A stretch of 64,000 nucleotides of DNA from a bacterium (GTDB lineage: Bacteria > Auribacterota > Auribacteria > Auribacterales > Auribacteraceae): positions 64,584 to 128,583 of the forward strand of contig JACKPL010000003.1 of assembly GCA_024233545.1 (NCBI GenBank), given 5' to 3'. A model generated the notes under the pieces. It had not been told where the DNA came from, did not search any database, and saw only the letters and a program-made list of their open reading frames with translations. Shown here one piece after another: positions 1 through 8,339 of this stretch. The first letter of the stretch is position 1, and every line of letters starts with the position of its first letter. Both the position numbers and the translations under genes were made by a program.

Positions 1-2
1 AA

Positions 3-161
3 AAGATTCATAAAGGGTTTGTCGATAAGATTAAACAAGTTGAAACAGATATTAAAGAGAATAAAAAGGATGTTGATGACAGCCTTATACAATTTCTCAA
101 TGATTGGCTTGTCAAGCATATTAAAGGACAAGATGTTAAATACGGCAAACATATACATTAA
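3..161 (+). CDS. hemerythrin-like metal-binding protein, C-terminal fragment (N-terminus lies upstream of the window)
   Basis: Frame +3 is open from the window edge and reads ..KIKQVETDIKENKKDVDDSLIQFLNDWLVKHIKGQDVKYGKHIH*. This fits the C-terminal WLxxHIxxxDxxY helix of bacteriohemerythrins. The TAA stop at 159-161 is followed by a strong terminator. Track ORF 19..207 is in another frame and looks spurious. Confidence 0.6.
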   Translation, partial: KIHKGFVDKIKQVETDIKENKKDVDDSLIQFLNDWLVKHIKGQDVKYGKHIH

Positions 162-185
162 GCTGTTATTGCTCAAGAGCATTGT

Positions 186-229
186 GCCAAAAAGAAAACC
201 CGCATAAACTATATGCGGGTTTTCTTTTT
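186..229. terminator. bidirectional rho-independent terminator between convergent genes
   Basis: Perfect 13-bp stem GAAAACCCGCATA (194-206) / TATGCGGGTTTTC (212-224) with a 5-nt loop. An A-run lies upstream and a T-run (225-229) downstream. Confidence 0.8.
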
Positions 230-248
230 AAACTCATATAGCAAACGG

Positions 249-953
249 TTATTTGCCTCTCTTCTTAATTTCAAAAGTACCGTCGGATAAATCCGAACCG
301 CTAAGAGCGGGTGTGCCTGATTGTTCCGTTGCGTCGATGCGAATGCGGTATCCGGTCGTTTTGGGATATGCGTTGAGCCCCCCTTTGGTGTAACTGCCGT
401 TATGAATCAACGATGAGTTGACATTGATTGTTTGCTGTCCAAGATAATACTCTGTTCCTTGGTTTACCAGATAAAACCGTACGTTGATCGGTATTGAGGG
501 GTTATCATCGGTTATCGTGTACGTTATAGTCATGCTGGGAGGGGTTAATACTTCTCCGCCGTTTGGATAGGTTACTGTGCATACCGGTGCAGTATTGGAT
601 GAGGATGATGAACTAATCTCAAAATCGAAGTTGGATTGGTCATAACTGCTCAAATCGTTAGCAGGTATGCCTGATTGTTCCGTTACTTCAATCCGTATTC
701 GGTAGCCGGAAACAAGAGGGTACGCGCTGGCGTTAAGTGAGTAGCTTCCGTTATACGATAATGATGCATTAACAGTAACTGTTTCTTCTCCGAGAAAATA
801 TTCCGTTCCTTGCGTGCTGTTCGCCAAATAAAATTTAACAGCGATAGGCGTTGATGGGTCATCGTCATAGAGTGTATAGGTGATGGTGTCCGTGGAAGTG
901 TTTATTACTTCGCCGCCGTTGGGATAGTTCACATAGCAGACCGGAGCGGTGTT
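249..953 (-). repeat. tandem duplication of a ~115-119-aa domain (coding repeat) at the C-terminus of the 865-aa protein
   Basis: Unit 1 is nt 597-953 and unit 2 is nt 249-596. Both begin NTAPVC(Y/T)V(N/T)YPNGGEV, contain ITYT..DD.PS.PI.V.FYL....GTEY.LG, and end GYRIRI..TEQSG.PA. This resembles Kre9/KNH-like Ig-type domains. Confidence 0.8.
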
Positions 954-2846
954 ATATGTTGGAGTTATCGGCTCTTGCGGTGAGAATATATCTTCTCGCA
1001 ACTGGCGGTAAGATCGTTTTACAACACCGTTGTGAGCCCATACTTCATCATCAGCTTCATAATAATGAATGATATTGTACTCAAGATTTTCATAATAATT
1101 GGGAGAAATCGGATCAAAATATGCATAATCAATCGTAGTGAGCATCCGTTCCAGCGCGTTATTCCCGTTGAACCAGAACGATTCTGTCGGCGATGTATTA
1201 AATGTTTCATATACAATATCTACCGGTTTATTCAGCGAACGGGCATAATTTATCTCATCTCGACAGGTATACACTGCGCCGTGATTGGTGACATAATTCA
1301 TAATCTGTGCTTTATCGATGATATTGAGGATTTGTTGAAATCCCGGTCCGGTATAAGCGTCTGCCGGTACATAATCTTCGTGCCAGAAGTTGCCGATTGC
1401 CGCAGAAAAAGGAATGTTTAAACCGGTACTGGCATTATTCTGGTCGATGACTGACTTGAAGAACGCCATTGTCGGAATGTATTCAGCCCATACCCATGGT
1501 TCCATGCCGGGTTCATTGTCTGTATCGATGGCGTGGGGTTCGATGTCGAATTGGATAGAATCGAACCGTTCTTCAACAGCCGCCTGCTGATTGAAAGTAA
1601 ATATTTTGTTTATGTCGTCAACGCCTATTTGGCGGTTATATTCAAACGACCATTCCGGTTCGCCGGTAACAAAATGGACTTCACAGCCTCGGCTGTGTGC
1701 TTCGGCTATAAATGCGCGGAACAACGGTGATTCTGCCCCGTTTATGTCTTGCGGAAGCGCTATAATGATCGATTCAATTTTATTCGAGCCTGCACCTTTC
1801 GGCGCTGAACAAAAAGAGAAAAAGTCGCGTTGGTTTACGGGATTTGTTGCGACGTTATATCCTTCTTTCCATACATAAATACCTCGTTTGCCGGAAAATA
1901 TCTTGGGCATGCCTCCGGTGTAGTTAAGATTTGAAAGGTCGCAGAACGCGCCGAAATCGCCGGCATCGGTCATGGTAAAAATACCGATGCAGATGCTTGC
2001 TCCGTCAACATTCCACAACACGGTAGGAGATAACCGGAACGTCCATGCAACTTCGAGCGCGGCGGGGTTGGCAAGTTGCGTAGCTGTAACAGAAATTACT
2101 TCTAGTTCAGGAATATTCCACGCTATAGGGGTTGTGTAAGGAGTGGTTTTCTGAAATGTGGCATATCCCGTTCCTTCAGGGCCGCTGAATGCTCGAATAC
2201 CGATAATATTGTTGCGCAGAGCGTTGAGAATGTGTAGTTCAGGATAAAAATAAGGTATCTGCAATGGTTGTCCGTCATATATTGCAAGGTGTTGTGTCGT
2301 TACGGTATAAACAGTGCCGGGATTCAATTCGGCAATCGAATGTTGAATCGGTACAATAAGTGTTCCTATTTTGTCTCCTTCAGTGAGCACTTTGTAATAT
2401 GATTTCGGGTTCTGAGCGGGAGGATCACTCGAAAACCGCGCGAATCCGGGTATTTCAAAGCCAGTCGTACTTCCCATTATCTTGTAGGTGAACGTACGCG
2501 GAAGGTTGTCGTCAAACGGCCCCCACAATATGCATCCTTCCGAATAATCAATGATACCGCCGCCGCTAATATGTGTTGGGTTGATTTCGGCAATGAGGAA
2601 TTCTTTTACAAAATAAGATGTAGTAGAACTGTCAGGAGTAACGGTTACGATAATTTCCGGGTTGATTGTTGCATCGTTAAGGATTTGGCGGGTGATGAGC
2701 GAGTCTGCGGATACATTACTGCACATAAATACTGCCAGCAGTAATAACGAAAATAAGAAAAATTTTTTGGTACTTTTTGTTTTTGTCTTCACCTCACAAC
2801 CCTCCGTAATAAATAATGTGAATGATATTATTTTTGTATATAACAA
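249..2846 (-). CDS. secreted 865-aa protein: signal peptide, possible TIM-barrel glycoside-hydrolase-like core, two tandem C-terminal beta-sandwich-type repeats
   Basis: Long ORF with signal-peptide-like KKFFLFSLLLLAVFMCSNVSA. The central region has alternating beta/alpha character (..GCEVHFVTGEPEW.., ..IQFDIEPH..), which only suggests a glycosidase-like barrel. The C-terminus carries two ~115-aa repeats starting NTAPVC.V.YPNGGEV. Confidence 0.7.
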   Translation of the reverse strand: MLYTKIISFTLFITEGCEVKTKTKSTKKFFLFSLLLLAVFMCSNVSADSLITRQILNDATINPEIIVTVTPDSSTTSYFVKEFLIAEINPTHISGGGIIDYSEGCILWGPFDDNLPRTFTYKIMGSTTGFEIPGFARFSSDPPAQNPKSYYKVLTEGDKIGTLIVPIQHSIAELNPGTVYTVTTQHLAIYDGQPLQIPYFYPELHILNALRNNIIGIRAFSGPEGTGYATFQKTTPYTTPIAWNIPELEVISVTATQLANPAALEVAWTFRLSPTVLWNVDGASICIGIFTMTDAGDFGAFCDLSNLNYTGGMPKIFSGKRGIYVWKEGYNVATNPVNQRDFFSFCSAPKGAGSNKIESIIIALPQDINGAESPLFRAFIAEAHSRGCEVHFVTGEPEWSFEYNRQIGVDDINKIFTFNQQAAVEERFDSIQFDIEPHAIDTDNEPGMEPWVWAEYIPTMAFFKSVIDQNNASTGLNIPFSAAIGNFWHEDYVPADAYTGPGFQQILNIIDKAQIMNYVTNHGAVYTCRDEINYARSLNKPVDIVYETFNTSPTESFWFNGNNALERMLTTIDYAYFDPISPNYYENLEYNIIHYYEADDEVWAHNGVVKRSYRQLREDIFSPQEPITPTYNTAPVCYVNYPNGGEVINTSTDTITYTLYDDDPSTPIAVKFYLANSTQGTEYFLGEETVTVNASLSYNGSYSLNASAYPLVSGYRIRIEVTEQSGIPANDLSSYDQSNFDFEISSSSSSNTAPVCTVTYPNGGEVLTPPSMTITYTITDDNPSIPINVRFYLVNQGTEYYLGQQTINVNSSLIHNGSYTKGGLNAYPKTTGYRIRIDATEQSGTPALSGSDLSDGTFEIKKRGK

Positions 2847-2977
2847 AATGAAAATTTTTCGGTGGTGTATTTCATGGTGTTAATTGAAAATAAAGTATAA
2901 GATATTCATGCAGAGACCACAAGAAAAAACGGTTGGATAGTCAGTGATAAATGAAAGTGTATGAGGCGAGCAAATGT

Positions 2978-3655
2978 TTAGCTATGCTTTATTCTGCCTG
3001 CCGCTATGCATAGAGCAGCCGCTATGAGCAGGAGAAAAGTTGCGGGTTCTGGAACGATTATCGCTTCTTCACCGCCAATAATTGAATCGGTGTCTTCGTC
3101 TCCCGGTATGAGAATATGCCCGAAAACGGAACCGTCGTCTGCCGGATAAAGCAATGCCAGCGGATCGGTATCCGGCGACTTAAAACCGCTATTTGAAACG
3201 GTATTCCATGCCTTGCCGGTTTTCTGTCCGATTGCATAAAAGTCTCCCCATGCAGGGGCGCGGTCGGTAACGATGGTAAACGTGTATTCCGTCTTCTTCT
3301 TTTGAGGAGCGAATTCTATGCCGAATAATGTGTCCGGCTGATTTTCCTCTTCACCGAACATACCGAGCTTAATGAAATCGCTCGTGCCTTCCAGTATATT
3401 CTCTTCCGAAAAGGTTGATGAAGTTTCCAGATATACGTATTGGATGGTTTTTTTATTTACCGAAAGATGATAGTTATATATCCACGCATCGCTAATCTCA
3501 TCGTACGATACATCCCACGAAAAAGACGTTTTAGTATTCCATGAAGAGGTTGCGTTAAGTCCGCCGGAAGAAAGGCTTCCTTCATAAACAGGGTAAGCCG
3601 CAAGCCGAGGTACCCATGAAACAAGCAGGGCAAATACAAAAATAACACTGCGCAT
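2978..3655 (-). CDS. PEP-CTERM sorting-domain protein (225 aa)
   Basis: N-terminal signal peptide MRSVIFVFALLVSWVPRLAA. C-terminus reads ..IVPEPATFLLLIAAALCIAAGRIKHS, i.e. PEP motif, hydrophobic helix and basic tail. Confidence 0.85.
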   Translation of the reverse strand: MRSVIFVFALLVSWVPRLAAYPVYEGSLSSGGLNATSSWNTKTSFSWDVSYDEISDAWIYNYHLSVNKKTIQYVYLETSSTFSEENILEGTSDFIKLGMFGEEENQPDTLFGIEFAPQKKKTEYTFTIVTDRAPAWGDFYAIGQKTGKAWNTVSNSGFKSPDTDPLALLYPADDGSVFGHILIPGDEDTDSIIGGEEAIIVPEPATFLLLIAAALCIAAGRIKHS

Positions 3656-3884
3656 ACGATATCGTTTTTATTATGGTTTAAGTTATTGTCTTAGTAATAG
3701 TTATCGTACAATTTGCTCAAAAAATAAGTGTTTTAAAAAAGGTGATGCAAAACTAATGCGGCGGTTCAATAGCATTGTTAGTTCAAAAAGGTAAAATATA
3801 CATTAAGCATCTTGTTTTTTTTTAATGGTTATGGTAGCGTGATAGTGTGCTCTATAAGGCACATAAAAATAAAGGCAAACACAT

Positions 3885-4158
3885 GGCTGTGCTGGATGGG
3901 GAGTTAGCGGTGCCCTGTAACCTGCAATCCGCTCTAGCAGGGTTTAAAGCCGTTCCGAGGCCATTCAATTTTTCGGCGCGGAACCCAATTGGCGATCGAT
4001 GATAGCCGGGCTCTATGCAATAGGGGCTTACGAACCCCGTCAGGGCCGGAAGGCAGCAGCGGTAAGAAAGTTACCCTATGTGCCGTAGAACTACCTGGCA
4101 GGAGTTTGGCAATTGATGGATGTACTGGAAAATGGGGTCAACGTTCGGTCGCACAGCC
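3885..4158 (+). ncRNA. ffs: signal recognition particle RNA, long (Bacillus-type, Alu-domain-containing) form
   Basis: Domain IV motif GTCAGGGCCGGAAGGCAGCAGC plus ..GTGCCGTAGAACTACCTGGCAGG. The 5' region GGGGAGTTAGCGGTGCCCTGTAACCTGCAATCCGCTCTAGCAGGG is nearly identical to my recollection of the B. subtilis scRNA Alu domain. Ends pair as GGCTGTGC (3885-3892) / GCACAGCC (4151-4158). It sits directly upstream of dnaX, as in Bacillus. Confidence 0.9.
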
Positions 4159-4179
4159 ATTAAATAGCATAAAAGAATT

Positions 4180-5949
4180 ATGATGAGTATTACTAGCGAA
4201 ACAGAATTTCTTGCCAGCGCTCGAAAATGGCGGCCTCTAAAATTTGACGATTTGGTCGGGCAGAGCCATGTAACCACAACGCTCAAGAACGCGATAATAA
4301 AAAACCGCATTGCCCATGCGTATCTGTTTACCGGGTCGCGCGGTGTCGGCAAAACCAGTTTAGCGCGCATTTTTTCTATGGCGCTCAATTGCGTCAACGG
4401 CCCCACAATCGAGCCGTGCGGGCAATGTACAATGTGCGAAGAAATTATTTACGGAAACTGTATGGACGTTATCGAAATAGACGGCGCGTCCAATAACAGC
4501 GTGGAAGATGTGCGCGAACTGCGCGACAGCATCATGTTCGTTCCCGCTCATGCGAAGTACAAAATATACATTATCGACGAAGTGCATATGCTTTCTACTT
4601 CGGCATTCAACGCACTGCTTAAGACTCTTGAAGAACCGCCCGCCCATGCAGTATTTATTTTTGCCACGACAGAAGCGCATAAAGTGCCAGCTACCATACT
4701 TTCCCGTTGCCAGCGATATGATTTCCGCCTTATCAGTCAGGCAATCATAACCAGCAGGCTGAAGGAAATAGCGCAAAACGACGGCATCTCTGTGGATGAT
4801 CCTGCACTGCGAACCATTGCGCGTGCAGGAAACGGCAGTATGCGCGATGCGCAATCGATGTTTGACCAAGTAGTTGCATTTTGCGGCGATGTTGTTTCCC
4901 TCGAACAAGTAACGCAGATTTTAGGCGTCTATGACCGGCAAATATTTTTCGAGTTGATCTCCCATGCATTTCATAATAGGGTTGCAGAGGGCATACAGTT
5001 CCTCGATCAGGTGATTCGCGATGGAAAAAATGTTACCTATTTCGTTGAACAATGGCTTGACCACATGCGTTTGCTTCTGTTAGTCCGGCTTCTCGAAGAG
5101 AAAACCGATGTGCTAGAGTGTACGGAGGAAGAAATCATCCGTTTGCGCGCTCAAGCAGAATTATATACACCCGGAGAATTGGAGTTTGCCGTCCAAATGG
5201 TTGCGGAAGCTGGCGTTAAGATGCGTTATGCGCTTTCTCGGCAAGTGGTACTCGAATTATTGTTTATCAAGTTCTGCCGCTTAAAATCGCTCATTTCTGT
5301 CGACCAAGCCCTTCTCAAATTAGAGGAGATGCAGAAAAACGGTTTTCCGGCAGTATCTGTATCCAATCAGCCAGTTGTTATGCAAAAAATTTCGGATGAA
5401 AAGAACAGTTCTTCGCATCAGCCGGTTCAAAAACAGAATGATCCGGTTATGAAACCTGTGCAAACACCGAGTGTTTTGCCGCAACTTCCGATTGAAAAAC
5501 AGCATGCAGTTATCCAGCCGGAACCTGCCGCCGTTGCGCCGGTTTTGGAATTCACACTTGAAAATGTGCGGGCAGTATGGCGTGAATATGGCGAAAATGC
5601 AACGGGAGCGATGGTTGGGCATATACAGAAGTTACAATTAGTAAGCAGTGATGCGAATGCCATCCGTTTTACGGTCGCAGAAAAATTTTATTTGGATTTA
5701 GTGAAACCGAAATTACGCGAACTGGAAGAGCTGTTCAGTAAACGGTTCGGAAGGAAAGTCGCCGTGAAACTTGAGCTTCATAACGGCGAAAATACGGCTG
5801 GCGGCACAACAGTGCATAACGAAACGGAACATCAGAAACCGGATACGGAAAACATTCGGCCGGAGGATGCTGTGCTTCGCCACGAGCGAATAAAAGATAT
5901 AATCGATACATTTAATGCGAAGGTAATAAGCGTGAGGAGGAAAGAATAA
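4180..5949 (+). CDS. dnaX: DNA polymerase III subunit gamma/tau
   Basis: N-terminus reads ARKWRPLKFDDLVGQSHVTTTLKNAI..NRIAHAYLFTGSRGVGKTSLARIF (clamp-loader AAA+ P-loop). It also has the CxxC..C zinc module, DEVHMLS Walker B and SRCQRYDF sensor. Confidence 0.95.
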   Translation: MMSITSETEFLASARKWRPLKFDDLVGQSHVTTTLKNAIIKNRIAHAYLFTGSRGVGKTSLARIFSMALNCVNGPTIEPCGQCTMCEEIIYGNCMDVIEIDGASNNSVEDVRELRDSIMFVPAHAKYKIYIIDEVHMLSTSAFNALLKTLEEPPAHAVFIFATTEAHKVPATILSRCQRYDFRLISQAIITSRLKEIAQNDGISVDDPALRTIARAGNGSMRDAQSMFDQVVAFCGDVVSLEQVTQILGVYDRQIFFELISHAFHNRVAEGIQFLDQVIRDGKNVTYFVEQWLDHMRLLLLVRLLEEKTDVLECTEEEIIRLRAQAELYTPGELEFAVQMVAEAGVKMRYALSRQVVLELLFIKFCRLKSLISVDQALLKLEEMQKNGFPAVSVSNQPVVMQKISDEKNSSSHQPVQKQNDPVMKPVQTPSVLPQLPIEKQHAVIQPEPAAVAPVLEFTLENVRAVWREYGENATGAMVGHIQKLQLVSSDANAIRFTVAEKFYLDLVKPKLRELEELFSKRFGRKVAVKLELHNGENTAGGTTVHNETEHQKPDTENIRPEDAVLRHERIKDIIDTFNAKVISVRRKE

Positions 5950-6267
5950 ATGGGCATGGGGAAAATCCTTAAACAAGCTCAGAAAATGCAGCGTGAAATG
6001 GAACGTGTTCAGGAAGAACTTGCCGCTAAAGAGTTAGAAGTAACTGCCGGCGGAGGGATGGTAACAATAAAAATAACCGGCGAACAAAAAATAACCGGCA
6101 TAAAGATAAAACCCGAAGTTGTCAAATCCGGCGATATCGAGGACATTGAGGATTTAATTGTTGCCGCCGTCAATCAGGCGATCGACGAATCAAAAAAAAT
6201 GATGTCCGATGAAATGGGAAAAATAACCGGAGGATTGAACATACCGGGATTTGGGCTGGGCATATAA
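5950..6267 (+). CDS. ybaB: YbaB/EbfC family nucleoid-associated protein
   Basis: 105 aa, reading ..ILKQAQKMQREMERVQEELAAKELEVTAGGGMVTIKITGEQKI..I.I.PEVV. The start abuts the dnaX stop, in the conserved dnaX-ybaB-recR order. Confidence 0.9.
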   Translation: MGMGKILKQAQKMQREMERVQEELAAKELEVTAGGGMVTIKITGEQKITGIKIKPEVVKSGDIEDIEDLIVAAVNQAIDESKKMMSDEMGKITGGLNIPGFGLGI

Positions 6268-6285
6268 AATGCAGTACGGTAGGGT

Positions 6286-6885
6286 ATGAGCTGTTATCCT
6301 GATGCAATTGAAACACTAATCAGCTGGTTTTCACGATTACCCGGCGTAGGGTATAAAAGTGCAGAACGAATGGTGATGCATCTCCTTGAAATGCGGGAAG
6401 AAGATATTCAGGATTTTGCCGCTTCAATGACTGAAATGAAACGAACTATACGGAGATGTGCGGTAACAAATGCGCTGACAGACCGCGAAGTGAGCGAGTT
6501 TTATACTGATCCTTCGCGTGACTCTTCTCTCTTATGCGTTGTTGAAACGTCTCGTGATATGTTTGCCGTAGAACGGTCGGGAGTATTCAAAGGACGGTAT
6601 CTCGTATTAGGCGGCAAACTCTCTCCATTGAATGGCATAGGTCCTGATGAACTGGCATTTGATAAATTGCTTCGTATGCTTGATAATGGTTCGTATGGAG
6701 AAATTATCGTTGCCACCGGATCGGATGTGGAAGGCGAAGCGACAGCGGTTTATATTCAGAAACTGCTCCACCATAAAAAAATCCGCATAACACGAATTGC
6801 CTATGGAGTTCCGGTAGGAAGCAGTCTCGATTATACTGATGAAATGACCATAATGCGCGCTCTGCAAGGGCGCCGTGAATATTAA
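6286..6885 (+). CDS. recR: recombination protein RecR (zinc-finger cysteines degenerate)
   Basis: HhH motif LISWFSRLPGVGYKSAERMVMHLL, Toprim region LCVVETSRDMFAVERSGVFKGRYLVLGG..SPL.GIGP and the C-terminal GVPVGSSLDYTDE motif. Confidence 0.9.
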   Translation: MSCYPDAIETLISWFSRLPGVGYKSAERMVMHLLEMREEDIQDFAASMTEMKRTIRRCAVTNALTDREVSEFYTDPSRDSSLLCVVETSRDMFAVERSGVFKGRYLVLGGKLSPLNGIGPDELAFDKLLRMLDNGSYGEIIVATGSDVEGEATAVYIQKLLHHKKIRITRIAYGVPVGSSLDYTDEMTIMRALQGRREY

Positions 6886-6914
6886 GGTTTCCAGTTACTG
6901 AATATGCCGACAAA

Positions 6915-8099
6915 TTATATCTTGTATTTTCGTTTCAAAAAGCTTGCAATACTCAATCCAAGCAAGATAAAAGTTGCCGGTTCGGGAATAGGAACGGGAG
7001 ATGAAACGGAACCGGTAATCACGTCATTTCCGCATACAGCTGTACCGAAAATAAAATCGAATTCATTCCAATCGCTCGATTGATTGGCGCCGGACAAAGT
7101 GATTTCCCATCGATATTGAGCATAAGTTTCTTGATAATGTATAAAAATGTCGTCCGGTATATCCCATCCGATTCCATAAATATCAAAATACCAATCATTC
7201 ATATCTTGCCGGTATTGTTGCCAGTCGTTGGATAGTGTGGTTTGGTAAAGGGGAGAACCGCTAGCGTTATATTGAATGTTCCCTAAACCATCCCGCAAGA
7301 ACGGTTTAAAGCCGGTTGTTTCGATGTAGTTTTTATAGTACAAATCTTCATAGTTTGGCTGTTGTGTTACTTGAACATTGATTGATACTTGAACTCCGGT
7401 GTTTGTTGCATATTGCGTAAAGACAGGGATTGTTTTAGGCGCGGACTCATCGTAATTTTCAGCGCCGCCGCCAGCGATTAAAGTTGTGTCGTACGGTTTG
7501 AGCCATGAATTGACAGAATAGAGCCCTACGGCTAAATCATCATAATCATGGTTATAAACTGTTCCAAGCCGTTGGGTTCCCCATGAATTGATGTGCGCTT
7601 CGGTAACGATATATTCTTGGTGGTCCTGAAGGACAATGCTTTTATCCCATGTCCCGTCTTGATTAAGGTCAATAAAAAAATCGGCAGTATGAAGGATTCC
7701 AAGCCCGGCGTCTTCGTTAGTGAAAGTTGTCGGTACGCCGTTTGACTGCCATTCTGCCGGAGGCGTTCCGCCGATCGCACGGAGCAAATCATACGTATAC
7801 CCAAAATTAGTGTAGTAGCTCAGAGGGGTATTTGTCGATTTATGCCCTTGATTAGTGTTTATGCCGATGATCAAATCCTGCTGATCCCATGTAAAATCGA
7901 CACTATAAGTGTCTTGGAATCCAATTTTCGGTTTCCATCCGAAAAGAGTTGCATTACCTTGGCTATCCCAGTGGACTTCCTGTACTTTTGTCGCATCATC
8001 CGGAATAACTATAGGATTTCCCATAAGCGATGAAGTAAAACTTGCGCAAGTTGTTATGCCAATACATATGCACTGCAGTAGCAATAATGTTCGATTCAT
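6915..8099 (-). CDS. PEP-CTERM sorting-domain protein (394 aa)
   Basis: Signal peptide MNRTLLLLQCICIGITTCASF. C-terminus reads ..SSPVPIPEPATFILLGLSIASFLKRKYKI. Confidence 0.85.
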   Translation of the reverse strand: MNRTLLLLQCICIGITTCASFTSSLMGNPIVIPDDATKVQEVHWDSQGNATLFGWKPKIGFQDTYSVDFTWDQQDLIIGINTNQGHKSTNTPLSYYTNFGYTYDLLRAIGGTPPAEWQSNGVPTTFTNEDAGLGILHTADFFIDLNQDGTWDKSIVLQDHQEYIVTEAHINSWGTQRLGTVYNHDYDDLAVGLYSVNSWLKPYDTTLIAGGGAENYDESAPKTIPVFTQYATNTGVQVSINVQVTQQPNYEDLYYKNYIETTGFKPFLRDGLGNIQYNASGSPLYQTTLSNDWQQYRQDMNDWYFDIYGIGWDIPDDIFIHYQETYAQYRWEITLSGANQSSDWNEFDFIFGTAVCGNDVITGSVSSPVPIPEPATFILLGLSIASFLKRKYKI

Positions 8100-8175
8100 T
8101 TTTCATTCCTTAATTATGTACGTGAAAAGTTAAATAAATATATAGCATATAATATGTTGGCAATCAAGATATTTC

Positions 8176-8195
8176 AAAAAAAAAAAAAAAAAAAA
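8176..8195. repeat. homopolymeric A20/T20 tract in a divergent intergenic region
   Basis: 20 consecutive A on the + strand. It lies 77 nt upstream of the minus-strand PEP-CTERM gene start (8099) and 4 nt upstream of a TTGAAC hexamer (8200-8205). Confidence 0.95.
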
Positions 8196-8339
8196 CTGCT
8201 TGAACAGTAAAGAAATAGTATACAAATAGTATGAAGTATGGTACACTGCCCCCCATTTTTACTATAAGTGCTGTATCAGCGAAATACAGCCACTGTGCAA
8301 GCTGAGAATAACATAACAATTTTTATAAGGGACGTTGGT

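Noticed and set aside
19-207. Track ORF of 62 aa at the left edge
   Set aside because: It is Lys/Leu/Ile-rich with no recognisable motif. Frame +3 over the same bases gives a convincing hemerythrin C-terminus ending at 161, and the 19..207 ORF would run into the terminator stem.
4360-4908. 182-aa antisense ORF inside dnaX
   Set aside because: It lies completely within the highly conserved AAA+ region of dnaX. It has no motif content and is a typical shadow ORF.
5380-5395. Possible dnaX programmed -1 frameshift site (caaaaaat, in CAA AAA ATT)
   Set aside because: It is not a canonical X XXY YYZ heptamer in the zero frame. The -1 frame stays open for more than 20 codons rather than stopping promptly, and I see no downstream stem-loop.
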